DNA of 64,000 nt. Origin: Sphingomonadales bacterium (GTDB lineage Bacteria; Pseudomonadota; Alphaproteobacteria; Sphingomonadales; Sphingomonadaceae). The DNA lies in assembly GCA_034668585.1 (NCBI GenBank), contig JAXDPB010000007.1:19051-83050 (forward strand), read 5' to 3'. The notes under the pieces were generated by a model. That model was not told where the DNA came from. It saw only the letters and a list, made by a program, of their open reading frames with translations, and searched no databases. The translations under genes and the position numbers were made by a program. Below, in pieces: positions 9,987-18,920 of this stretch (position 1 is the first letter of the stretch; each line of letters begins with the position of its first letter).

Positions 9987-12881
9987 ATGGCAAGTGACCG
10001 CGCACGGATCAGCTACGATCCCTCCCGCGCCTATCGCGGCGTCATCGCCCAGCAGGGACGGGTCACCCTCGAAGCCGATGCCAACGAAGCCTGGATGATC
10101 GGCAGCGAGGCGCTTCGCCGCGAGACGATCGACATTATCGGCCCCGCCGGCACGCCCGACGACGGCTACAAGGTCATCGGGGCTCCGACCGTTGCCAAGG
10201 TCCGAGTGGGCGCGGGCACTTATTATCTCGGCGGCTGGCGGCTCACGCTCGATGCGCCGGTCGCGCTCGGCCAGCAGCCCGACTGGCTCGATGCGCCGCC
10301 CCTCGACCAGGGCAAGAACGCCCTCGTCGCCTTGCTCGTCACCGAGCAGAGCGTTTCGGCGGTCGAGGACCAGGCGCTGCGCGAAGTCGCGCTGGGCGGA
10401 CCCGACAGCGCCGCGCGCTCGCGCCTCCTCCAGCATTTCCCGCTGATCCCGGTCGCCGGCGACAGCTGCGCGACCGCGGCATCGATCGTCGCCAGGCAGC
10501 TGGCCGGCGCCGGCATCCGGATCGACCCGGTCAGCTATGAATTGCTGTCCGACGCGCGGCTCGAGGTCGGCTTCGTCGCCGATCCCGCGCCGACGGACCC
10601 GTGCACCCCGGCCGCGGCAGGCGGCTATCTCGGCGCGGACAACCAGCTGATCCGGATCACCGTGATCGCCTATAACGCGCGGAGAAATGGCGGCAGGCTG
10701 CTGTGGGGCTTCAACAACGCCTCGATCCTCTACCGAGTGACCGCCGCGCCGGCGACTCCGAGATTGCTCACGCTTCAAGGCGCGCCGATCGACCAGGAGC
10801 ATGCGCCGCGGCTCAACCAGGCGGTCGAGGTGCTGCGCAGCCGCGCCGAGCTCAAGGACGGCGGCTTCACGCCGGCAAGCATGGCGGACCGCAACTTCGT
10901 CGCCGCGGACAGCGGCTTCGTGACGACGGTCACGGCCGCCTATGATTTCGATCACGGCACGCTGACGCTCGCCAATCCGCTGCCGGCCGAATATGTCAAC
11001 GATCCCAATCCCTTGTTCCTTCGCCTCTGGGATTCGATCGTGCCGTTCAGCGGCGGCACGCCGACGCCCCTCGACGGGACAAACGGGGTGACGGTGACGA
11101 TCACCCTCCCGGCCTTCTCGACCGCGATCGCGGCGCGGCCCTTCTGGCGCTTCGCGGTGCGGCCGGACACGCCGGCGCAGGTCTATCCGATACGCTATCT
11201 CGAGGCGCCGCAGCCGCCCGACGGACCGCGCCAGTGGCTCGGCGATCTCGCCGTCATCGGCCGGGGCAGGGGCCGGGGGGTCGACGTCCTCGCCGATTGC
11301 CGCCCGACCTTCGAGGCGCTCACCAAGGAGAAATGCGGCTGCTGCGCGATCACGCTCGATCCCCACGGCGTCGAAGCCCGCGGCGGTCTGCAGGCCGTGG
11401 TGGATTCGCTGAAGGGCGGGCCGGCGGTGCTGACCCTGAAGCCGGGTCGTTATCTGCTTCGCAGCCCGCTGCTTCTGACCGGCGACCATGAGCGGCTGGT
11501 GATCGAGGGCTGCGGCTTCGGGGCCACGATCGGCGCCGATCCCAAGGCGCTGAAGGCTTTCGTGTTCGGCCTGGTGATCATCACGAAGGCCGACGCCGTC
11601 ACCCTCCGGCAGCTCGAGTTCGATGTCCCGATGGTGGCGGGAGATCGCGAGGGCGGAACCTTCTCCGGAGTGATGGTCGCCGATTCGGGCCTGGTCGTGA
11701 TCGAGGACTGCAACTTCACGCTGCATCCGCCCAAGGGGGGCAAGATCCCCGGGCCGGTGTTCGGCGGAGCGATCACGATCTGGGGGCGAGCGGCGGAGCT
11801 GAAGGTTCGCCGGAACCGCTTCGTCGGCAAGGCGATCGTCCCCCACGGCGTGGTCTGCGGCTTCCTCGCCGCCGTCAACAACAGGGACGTCACCACCGCG
11901 CTTGTGGGAGTCGACATCAGCGACAATTTCTTCGATCGCCTCAACGGCGGAATCGTCGCGTTCGCGCGGCTGGGCGAAATACGGTGCGCCACCAACCGCA
12001 TGCGCGACTGCAATACCGGCATCTTCCTCGCCGATCCGGTCACCGGATCGACCAACGCCTTCGTCAAGCGTTCGGTCGCCCAGGCGGATTCCGACTTCGC
12101 GACCATGGTCCAGCGCAGCTTTCCCGTGCGTTTCATGGCGGAGATATCGCGCGAAACGCCGAACCGGCGGCCAGGCGAGCCGGCGGTCGCGACGACGGCT
12201 TCGCGGTCGGTGCGGACATCGCTGCTGAAGGAAATGGCGGCGTCCGGAGCGGTCGTCTTCCAGTCGATCGCGGGCACCGCGAATGCAGCGGCACCGGCCG
12301 AGGCTCAGGTCGCCGTCGCCGCCGAAGCGGAGGCGCCCGCGGCGGCCGCGGCGGCCGCCACGGCGGCGGCGCCCAAGGCGACCGGGGAGATGAGGGCACA
12401 GGCGAAGAAGGAACGGGCGCAGTTCCTCAACGACCTCACGCATCTCGACGCCGTGGCCGTGAACACGCGACTGGCGGGGCAGCGCCTCAACGCGGTGCTG
12501 CACATCGAGAATAACGACATCTCGCTCGCCAACACCGCCGCGAACGCCATTCCGGGGACCGGAATCGCGATCCTGCGCTCGCCCGACGACGATCCCAGCA
12601 TGGTCCTGATGAGCGGCAATCGCGTGGTCTGCGGCGACAATCGAACCCTCGGCGGCTCGCTCCTGTTTCCGACCATGGCGACGGTTACCGGCAACATGCT
12701 GATCCATCCGACGAGCAAGTTCAGGCAGGGACTGCCGGTCTTCGTCGCGTTCGGCGTCGAGGGGGGCCATTATGCGTATAACGGCAACGTCTTCCAGCGG
12801 GGCGCGACGATTCTCCCCGCCCGCACCGGCCCGGCGCCGAACGCCGCCGATTATTGGCCGTTCCTGAATACGGGGATGTGA
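9987..12881 (+). CDS. DUF6519-family protein with C-terminal parallel beta-helix-like region (964 aa)
   Basis: Start MASDRARISYDP..AYRGVIAQQGRV.LEADANE, GYLGADNQLIRI, WGFNNAS; C-terminal repeats ending in N.F / N.I / GN.. (IEDCNF, VRRNRF, ISDNFF, IENNDI, SGNRV, TGNML). Confidence 0.75.
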   Translation: MASDRARISYDPSRAYRGVIAQQGRVTLEADANEAWMIGSEALRRETIDIIGPAGTPDDGYKVIGAPTVAKVRVGAGTYYLGGWRLTLDAPVALGQQPDWLDAPPLDQGKNALVALLVTEQSVSAVEDQALREVALGGPDSAARSRLLQHFPLIPVAGDSCATAASIVARQLAGAGIRIDPVSYELLSDARLEVGFVADPAPTDPCTPAAAGGYLGADNQLIRITVIAYNARRNGGRLLWGFNNASILYRVTAAPATPRLLTLQGAPIDQEHAPRLNQAVEVLRSRAELKDGGFTPASMADRNFVAADSGFVTTVTAAYDFDHGTLTLANPLPAEYVNDPNPLFLRLWDSIVPFSGGTPTPLDGTNGVTVTITLPAFSTAIAARPFWRFAVRPDTPAQVYPIRYLEAPQPPDGPRQWLGDLAVIGRGRGRGVDVLADCRPTFEALTKEKCGCCAITLDPHGVEARGGLQAVVDSLKGGPAVLTLKPGRYLLRSPLLLTGDHERLVIEGCGFGATIGADPKALKAFVFGLVIITKADAVTLRQLEFDVPMVAGDREGGTFSGVMVADSGLVVIEDCNFTLHPPKGGKIPGPVFGGAITIWGRAAELKVRRNRFVGKAIVPHGVVCGFLAAVNNRDVTTALVGVDISDNFFDRLNGGIVAFARLGEIRCATNRMRDCNTGIFLADPVTGSTNAFVKRSVAQADSDFATMVQRSFPVRFMAEISRETPNRRPGEPAVATTASRSVRTSLLKEMAASGAVVFQSIAGTANAAAPAEAQVAVAAEAEAPAAAAAAATAAAPKATGEMRAQAKKERAQFLNDLTHLDAVAVNTRLAGQRLNAVLHIENNDISLANTAANAIPGTGIAILRSPDDDPSMVLMSGNRVVCGDNRTLGGSLLFPTMATVTGNMLIHPTSKFRQGLPVFVAFGVEGGHYAYNGNVFQRGATILPARTGPAPNAADYWPFLNTGM

Positions 12882-12905
12882 CGAGTGGGGTGTCCGGCAC
12901 AGGCA

Positions 12906-15407
12906 ATGGCCGCTCCGGAGCGGACGCCGCATGGGCTCATTGCGCCGCGCGCACCGAACGTCAGGCACCGCGCCGCGAGTCCCGGCGCCTCGGGCAACCA
13001 GTCGCATTTGCGCAGGCTCGCCGTGGGGGGGCAGCCGCTGCAGGCCCGGCTGACGATCGGCGCGGTCGACGATCCCTTGGAGCAGGAAGCGGATGCGGCG
13101 GCCGACCGGGTGATGCGGATGGCCGATCCGCAGGTCTCGCTGTCGTCCGCTCCGACGCTTTCCCGCAAATGCGCGGCCTGCGAAGAAGGCGAGGAGAAGG
13201 GGCAGCCTCCGCTGCGCCGCGCGGCGGCGGCGGCCGGCGGAACGGACGCGGCGGCCGCGCCGCCGATCGTTCACGATGTTCTGAATTCGCCCGGCCGCCC
13301 GCTCGACCCCGCCACCCACGATTTCATGGCGAGCCGCTTCGGAACCGATTTCAGCCATGTCCGCATCCACACCGATGCGCGTGCCGCCGAGTCGGCGAAA
13401 TCTGTCGGAGCCCTGGCATATACGGTCGGCGCCGACATCGTGTTTGGCGCAGGAACCTATGCGCCTGGTGCCGAGAGCGGCAGACGGCTGCTCGCCCACG
13501 AACTGGCTCACACGGTGCAGCAGGAAGCGGGCACCGCGCTGCGGCGCAAACCGGACCTCGCGGGATGCCTGGCCCAGAAGGATGATATCCTCCCCCCGAA
13601 TGTCGGCCTGGTCACCGCCATCGCTCGCGAACAGGAACTGGCCGACGCGCTGGGCGCCGACTATGAACCGTTCAAACAATTGATCCTGAAGCGGGTCGAC
13701 GCGCGCATCCTGGTTTGCCAGCACGGTGTGCCGGGGGTGCTCGCCTTGTGGCACGCGCGCACGGTGCAAAGCATAATCGATGTGCCGGCGGCCACGGCCA
13801 TGCTCTCCGGCGGCGTCGCACCCCCTGCCCCGGCCCCCACGGCCGTTCCCGCGATCACCCCGACGCCCGGCGCGGACGATTTCCAGATCAAACGAGTCGG
13901 CTGGTCGACCTCCTCGCGGCTTTTGTTCGCCCGCGGTTCGGACGCCATAAATCCGAGCGCGCAGATGCAGATCGACCTGCTCAAGGCCTCTCCTCCTTCC
14001 GGGAGCATCCGCCTGATCGGCTATTCCAGCGCCGACGAAGCGGCCGCGTTGGCGCAATCCCGCGCCGACGCCGCCAAGACCGCGTTCGCCAGCGCACCCA
14101 ATGCGCTCGCGATCAGCAGCGCCACCGGCAACGCCGCGGCCAACGCCTCGAAAATCGACTTCGTCACTTCTCGCGGCGTGGACGTCGTGATCGGCACGGC
14201 GGCGCCCACAACCGTCGACTGCGACGAGAAAAAAGACGGAAAGCTGGTCCATCCCCCCACGCAACCGTGCCCGATGATGGATCCTGCAACCGAGACCAAG
14301 TTCAAGGAAGCCCACAAGCTCGCCACGGACGTGATGGCCGATGCAGTGGCCGCGGTCGCCGGCAGTCCCCCGGCGGCCGACTCCGCCAAGATCGACAGGT
14401 TCTTCGGCGGTCACGACGCGGCCACGCTCGGCTTGCTGCAAACCAACCTTGGCGCTCTCAACACCCATGTGATCAACCTGCCCGCCGAAACCGATTGCGG
14501 GGGTGAATGCGACAAGGGCCTCTGCGCGGACGGCCCGATCGCCTACAACAATGGAAAACCCGCCGCGTCGCGTACGACGATTTGCGTCCCCACGTTCAAG
14601 GAGCTCAGCTCGGACAGCGACCGTGCCCGCAACCTCATCCATGAGACTGCGCACGGCACCTCGCCGCTTGGCGGAGCTCCCGGAACCGGTACCAAGGATT
14701 ATGCCTATCGACACGAACGGATGCTGCTAGAGCTTCCCTCCGCCGACCGCCTGCACAATTCGGACAGCTACGCGTTGTTCGCGCTGTTCGTCCACGAAGC
14801 CAAGACCACCCATGACCCGAACGCCGTCCCCAAAGGCATCAGGACGCCGGAAAACGACAAGCTCAATGGCTTCACTCCGGTCGATCCGGAAACCCCGGCG
14901 CTCAAGCTCGCCCTGGCCAAGATGGAAAAACGCCTTACCTGGTCACAGGACCGAGTGGCACAGCTCTATGGTCAGGTCGTCAACATCCGCGCTCCCGCCG
15001 GGCCCGGCAAGCCCGCCAAGACCTGGGCGGACTCCTGGGCCAAAGGACTGATGACCGAGGCGGCGAAGCATTTCCCGCTCACCCCCACTTCCAGCCCGCC
15101 GACACTCGCCGATCAGATCCGCATCGCCGCGATGGAAGATCGCTACCTGCGCATGTACATGATCTCCAAGAACGATCTCGTCGTCACCCGCGCCGCCACC
15201 GGCACCGTCACCTGGGCATCGCCGGCGGCCGGTTCCCCGTTTCTCGCGGGAGCGTCGCTCTCCATTGGCCCGGATTTCTTCCGCGCGGACCCCGAAGACC
15301 AGGTCTCGCTTCTGCTGGAGTCGGTGGCCGGCCAGACCAAAGACCTCGAACCGGCCTTCGTTCCCGCCTATGCCTCCCTTGCGAAATGGATTCATCAGAA
15401 TGCGTAG
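12906..15407 (+). CDS. DUF4157 eCIS-core protein 1: DUF4157 + OmpA-like + M35-like (aspzincin) metallopeptidase
   Basis: LTIGAVDDPLEQEADAAADRVMR leader, FGTDFSHVRIHTD...AYTVG.DIVF..G.Y......LLAHELAHTVQQ; LFARGSDAI...IGYSS.DE...LAQSRA; LIHETAH..GTKDYAY...NSDSYALF. Confidence 0.8.
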   Translation: MAAPERTPHGLIAPRAPNVRHRAASPGASGNQSHLRRLAVGGQPLQARLTIGAVDDPLEQEADAAADRVMRMADPQVSLSSAPTLSRKCAACEEGEEKGQPPLRRAAAAAGGTDAAAAPPIVHDVLNSPGRPLDPATHDFMASRFGTDFSHVRIHTDARAAESAKSVGALAYTVGADIVFGAGTYAPGAESGRRLLAHELAHTVQQEAGTALRRKPDLAGCLAQKDDILPPNVGLVTAIAREQELADALGADYEPFKQLILKRVDARILVCQHGVPGVLALWHARTVQSIIDVPAATAMLSGGVAPPAPAPTAVPAITPTPGADDFQIKRVGWSTSSRLLFARGSDAINPSAQMQIDLLKASPPSGSIRLIGYSSADEAAALAQSRADAAKTAFASAPNALAISSATGNAAANASKIDFVTSRGVDVVIGTAAPTTVDCDEKKDGKLVHPPTQPCPMMDPATETKFKEAHKLATDVMADAVAAVAGSPPAADSAKIDRFFGGHDAATLGLLQTNLGALNTHVINLPAETDCGGECDKGLCADGPIAYNNGKPAASRTTICVPTFKELSSDSDRARNLIHETAHGTSPLGGAPGTGTKDYAYRHERMLLELPSADRLHNSDSYALFALFVHEAKTTHDPNAVPKGIRTPENDKLNGFTPVDPETPALKLALAKMEKRLTWSQDRVAQLYGQVVNIRAPAGPGKPAKTWADSWAKGLMTEAAKHFPLTPTSSPPTLADQIRIAAMEDRYLRMYMISKNDLVVTRAATGTVTWASPAAGSPFLAGASLSIGPDFFRADPEDQVSLLLESVAGQTKDLEPAFVPAYASLAKWIHQNA

Positions 15408-15501
15408 TGGGCTGGAGCGGAGAGCGGAGGGCAGAGAGCCTATGTGGCTGCATTCGTCCGACCTGCGCTCGCCGGTCCTTCATGAATAGGGAGCCGTAAC
15501 G

Positions 15502-17199
15502 ATGAGCCATTCCGCGCCGACGATGGCTGCGGCGGAGCAGGCGCGCTGCGCCTCCCGCGCCGCACACGGATCGGATGTCGGGCGCCCTGCCGCAAGGACG
15601 GCGGGCCGGGGCAATCAGGCGAATCTGCGCCGGCTCCAGGCCAAGCTGACGGTCGGCGCCGTCAACGATCCGCTCGAGCGGGAAGCCGACGCCGCCGCCG
15701 ACCAGGTGATGCGCAAGGCCGACGCTCGAGTCTCGCTCGCCGCGCCGCCGAGGCTCAGCCGGAAGTGCGAATCGTGCGAGGAAGAGGAAAGCGGCGCCCC
15801 TCTCAAGCGCAAGGCGAGCGGCGGCGGCATGGCGGGCGAGGCCGCGCCGGCAATTGTCGATCGCGTGCTCGCCTCTCCCGGACGCTCGCTGGACCCCGCC
15901 ACGAGCAGCTTCATGGGCCGGCGTCTCGGCGCCGATTTCAGCGACGTGCGCATCCACACCGACAGCGACGCCGCGGCATCCGCGACGGCTGTCAAGGCGC
16001 GGGCCTACACCGTCGGCAGAGATCTGGTCTTTGGGTCCGGGGAATTCGAGCCGAACAGTCGTGCGGGCCGCCATCTCCTGGCTCACGAACTGGCCCATGT
16101 CGTCCAGCAGAGCGCAGATTCGGCACCGAACCTGCGGCGCGTGGCCGACCCCAGCGAGGCGCCTGCCAGCATGCCCTGCCGGATTGCGACGAACAGCGTA
16201 CTTTCCCTGCTGGACGTTCATTTCGACCGTGACAGCGCGACGATCCGGCCCGCGGAGCGAACGGCGCTGGAAGCCTTCGTCGCCAGCTGGCACGGCCAGC
16301 CTGGATCGCTCCGCTTGCGCATCGACGGCCATGCCAGCGAAGAAGGCACCGAGTCGCACAACTGGCCGCTGTCCTGTAACCGGGCGATGGCGGTCGAGAA
16401 CGTGCTCACCAGCCCGACTGGCGGAGGGATTGCGGGTATTCCAGGCAGCTTGATCGAGGTCGTGGCGCAGGGCGAGACCATCGCGTTCGGCCCCGCTCGG
16501 CCCGACAATCGTCTGGCCACCATCTGGAGCGACACTCCCACGCCGCCTCCGCCAGCTCCCGAGCCCGCCCCGACCCCGGCACCGGCTTTCCGCTGCGGCC
16601 CCAACGTGACGGCCGAGATTTCCGCGGCTGTCAGTCGCACCCGCAGCACCTTCGCCGGTTGGGGCGCGGCGACCCGCGAGGAACATTGTGACGCCCTCGA
16701 TTCCTTGAGTACGGGAGGATATGCCTGGGACATCGTTCAGCTTCACAACAATGATTGGATCCATCTGTTGTATCGGCCGGCCTGCGCGACGGCGGGAGCG
16801 ACGCCTCCTTGCGGCTCGACCGTGCAGGTCGACTCGGAATGCAGCTATGCGGGCAGCCCCAACTACGTGATCTTCGGCACGATGTGCGACCTGTGCCACG
16901 GCCATTATGTCTCGACGGCGAACAGCTCGGGGCAATCGCGCTTTACGCAATCGAAGATGCTCGGCCTGATCGCTTTCTACAAGGGACCGGGAGTGTTCAG
17001 CTCCGCCTCCGGCAATTATCAAGAGTCCCGACTCTGGGCTTCGGCCGGTTACCTCGGCTGGCCATCCGTCGCATCTCCGGCGGGGGATCGCCCCGGCTGC
17101 GATCCCAGTTGCCCGACTCCTCACACCGCCCCCTCTTTCCAGGTTGCGTGGTGGAGCAATCCGGGGCTGTTTTCGAGCGCGGTACGTACCGTGATTTGA
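15502..17199 (+). CDS. DUF4157 eCIS-core protein 2: DUF4157 + OmpA-like + uncharacterised Cys-rich C-terminal domain
   Basis: Same leader and LLAHELAHVVQQ; VHFDRDSATI...IDGHASEEG...N..LSCNRAMAV...GET...NR OmpA-like motif; Pro-rich linker then CGPNVT...AWDI...C.T....C.STVQV..EC....NYVIFG.MC. Confidence 0.8.
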   Translation: MSHSAPTMAAAEQARCASRAAHGSDVGRPAARTAGRGNQANLRRLQAKLTVGAVNDPLEREADAAADQVMRKADARVSLAAPPRLSRKCESCEEEESGAPLKRKASGGGMAGEAAPAIVDRVLASPGRSLDPATSSFMGRRLGADFSDVRIHTDSDAAASATAVKARAYTVGRDLVFGSGEFEPNSRAGRHLLAHELAHVVQQSADSAPNLRRVADPSEAPASMPCRIATNSVLSLLDVHFDRDSATIRPAERTALEAFVASWHGQPGSLRLRIDGHASEEGTESHNWPLSCNRAMAVENVLTSPTGGGIAGIPGSLIEVVAQGETIAFGPARPDNRLATIWSDTPTPPPPAPEPAPTPAPAFRCGPNVTAEISAAVSRTRSTFAGWGAATREEHCDALDSLSTGGYAWDIVQLHNNDWIHLLYRPACATAGATPPCGSTVQVDSECSYAGSPNYVIFGTMCDLCHGHYVSTANSSGQSRFTQSKMLGLIAFYKGPGVFSSASGNYQESRLWASAGYLGWPSVASPAGDRPGCDPSCPTPHTAPSFQVAWWSNPGLFSSAVRTVI

Positions 17200-17205
17200 T
17201 GCGCG

Positions 17206-17610
17206 ATGAGCTGGCGGAATCTTCCCAAAGCGATGTTCGACCTGCTCGGCGGGTTCGGCCGGCGGGTCCCGCGCAAGGTCTTCGAATGGGTTGAAGCGCG
17301 CAACATCCAGGCCGGATCGACGGAGAGCCTGGACCTGCCTTCTTCCCTGAGCCGCGCAAGCAGGGACGGCAAGGTATATGCAGCGCGTCTGTCGGACGGG
17401 CGCTTATGCGTGATGGTCAAGACTCATATTGGCTACAAGGACAATTTTGCCGGCGCCGTCCGCTGCAGCGGCCCCTTTCTAAAGAGCGAGGTGCGACAGG
17501 ATGTGGAGCGACCCTTTTTGAGCCTGGTGGGGCACGGGATTTTCGAAGAGCTCTACATCCGAAAGCAAGCTGGCGAGCAGGAGTTGGAGGTGTTCTTCGA
17601 TCTGAACTGA
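17206..17610 (+). CDS. Small hypothetical protein, candidate immunity protein (134 aa)
   Basis: Starts 7 bp after the stop of DUF4157 protein 2; no recognised motif; role inferred from position only. Confidence 0.5.
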   Translation: MSWRNLPKAMFDLLGGFGRRVPRKVFEWVEARNIQAGSTESLDLPSSLSRASRDGKVYAARLSDGRLCVMVKTHIGYKDNFAGAVRCSGPFLKSEVRQDVERPFLSLVGHGIFEELYIRKQAGEQELEVFFDLN

Positions 17611-17692
17611 CGAGCAAGCTGCTGCCGAATGGCCAGGCCTTAGTCTGCCCTCGAACGACGTCGATTGCTGTTGATCCTCGGCTGGAGTCATC

Positions 17693-18916
17693 ATGATGGA
17701 ATATGCATGTGCCGAACGGACGATGGCGAGCAGCCACGCAGCGAGGCTGCACGCCAATGCCGCCGTCCGCCCTTCGATCCCGAGCACCGGCAACCAGGCG
17801 CATCTGCGCCGGATCCAGGCCAGGCTGACCGTCGGCGCCGTCGACGATCCGCTCGAGCACGAGGCCGACGCCGCGGCCGATCGGGTGATGCGGATGGGCG
17901 ATCCGGAGCTTGGCGCTTCGACCGCGCCGCCACGGCTCACCCGCAAATGCGACACGTGCGACGACGATCGACAGCCCGCCATGCAGGCGAAACGCGGCGA
18001 TGACGGCCTCAAGGATGGCGGTGAAGCTCCCGACGGAGTCGAGGCGGCCTTGAACGCGCCGGGCCGGCCGCTCGACCCGGCCGATCGCGACTTCTTCGAG
18101 CCGCGCTTCGGCCGCGACTTCAGCCAGGTCCGCATTCATACCGACGGCGCCGCCGCCCGCGCCAATCGGCAATTGGGCGCGCAGGCCTTTACCTTCGGCT
18201 CCCACGTCTTCTTCGCCGAGGGCAACGCTCCGCGCCGGGACTTCCTGACCGGACACGAGCTGGCCCATGTGGTGCAGCAGGGTGGGGCACCGACGGTCGA
18301 TGGCGCCAGTGCTCCTCAGCCGGACGCCGGCGGCACGGCGCAACGCCAGATACAGCGCCTGCCCGGCGACGGCATGAGCCCGCCGGGCGATTGCGACTGG
18401 ACCACCTATGTCCCGCTGCGCATCGCGAAGGAGACCGCGGTGGCGATTGCCGAAGGGCTGGGGGGATGCGCGCCGGGCGACAGCTGCCCCCGTCTTGCGT
18501 TCAAGATCGCCGCCCTCGGCGCGGAGATCGCGGCCCGAGTGGCGATTGCCGTCCAATGCTTCAGGGGCGGAGATACCGGCCACGTCGAGCAGATCAACAT
18601 CAAGACCAGGGCGCTCGACAATTGCCTCGCCCTTTTCACCCGCTCGAATTGCTCGCCCGACCTGGTCACGGAGATGCGCTTCGTCGTCGAACGGCTGCGT
18701 GCGCTGCTCGCGACCCTCTTCGTGGTGGTGGCGGTCGCGGCGATCGTCGCCCTCATCGTCCTGCTCGTCGTCGCCATCGCCGCGCTCATCGAGGTGATCG
18801 CCGCGGCGATCGCCGCCGCCGCCGAGGCGGTGGTGACTGCCGGAGCGCTTGCCGCGTTCGGCGCGCTGCTTCTGCTGCTCAGCAGCAGCCTGTCGTCAGA
18901 CGATTCGGAAACCTAG
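17693..18916 (+). CDS. DUF4157 eCIS-core protein 3: DUF4157 + Ntox16-like domain + hydrophobic C-terminal helix
   Basis: GGAG upstream of ATG; LTGHELAHVVQQ; PPGDC...C.PGDSC..L..KI.....AR..I...CFRGGDTGH resembles Novel toxin 16; followed by about 50 Ala/Val/Ile/Leu-rich residues. Confidence 0.75.
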   Translation: MMEYACAERTMASSHAARLHANAAVRPSIPSTGNQAHLRRIQARLTVGAVDDPLEHEADAAADRVMRMGDPELGASTAPPRLTRKCDTCDDDRQPAMQAKRGDDGLKDGGEAPDGVEAALNAPGRPLDPADRDFFEPRFGRDFSQVRIHTDGAAARANRQLGAQAFTFGSHVFFAEGNAPRRDFLTGHELAHVVQQGGAPTVDGASAPQPDAGGTAQRQIQRLPGDGMSPPGDCDWTTYVPLRIAKETAVAIAEGLGGCAPGDSCPRLAFKIAALGAEIAARVAIAVQCFRGGDTGHVEQINIKTRALDNCLALFTRSNCSPDLVTEMRFVVERLRALLATLFVVVAVAAIVALIVLLVVAIAALIEVIAAAIAAAAEAVVTAGALAAFGALLLLLSSSLSSDDSET

Positions 18917-18920
18917 CGAC

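Larger units (their letters stand above)
3..12881 (+). other. eCIS (Afp/PVC-like) structural gene cluster, distal half; 5'-truncated
   Basis: Ten co-directional, mostly stop/start-overlapping ORFs in the order tube-initiator-like, LysM/gpX-like, gpD-like hub, gpV/gp5-like, PAAR-like, gp25, two baseplate-J-like, gpI-like, DUF6519-like, followed directly by DUF4157 genes. No capsid, terminase or T6SS membrane-complex genes in the window. Confidence 0.85.

Noticed and set aside
3-12881. Prophage or T6SS interpretation of the tail-like genes
   Set aside because: No capsid, portal, terminase or integrase and no TssJLM, TssK or ClpV; two baseplate-J genes plus DUF6519 and DUF4157 fit eCIS. The upstream half is outside the window, so this is not fully excluded.
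9966-14714. 1582-aa minus-strand ORF (also 7837-10005, 5211-7859 and 3031-4965)
   Set aside because: Antisense shadows of well-supported plus-strand genes, typical of high-GC DNA; low-complexity Arg/Gly/Ala translation with no motifs.
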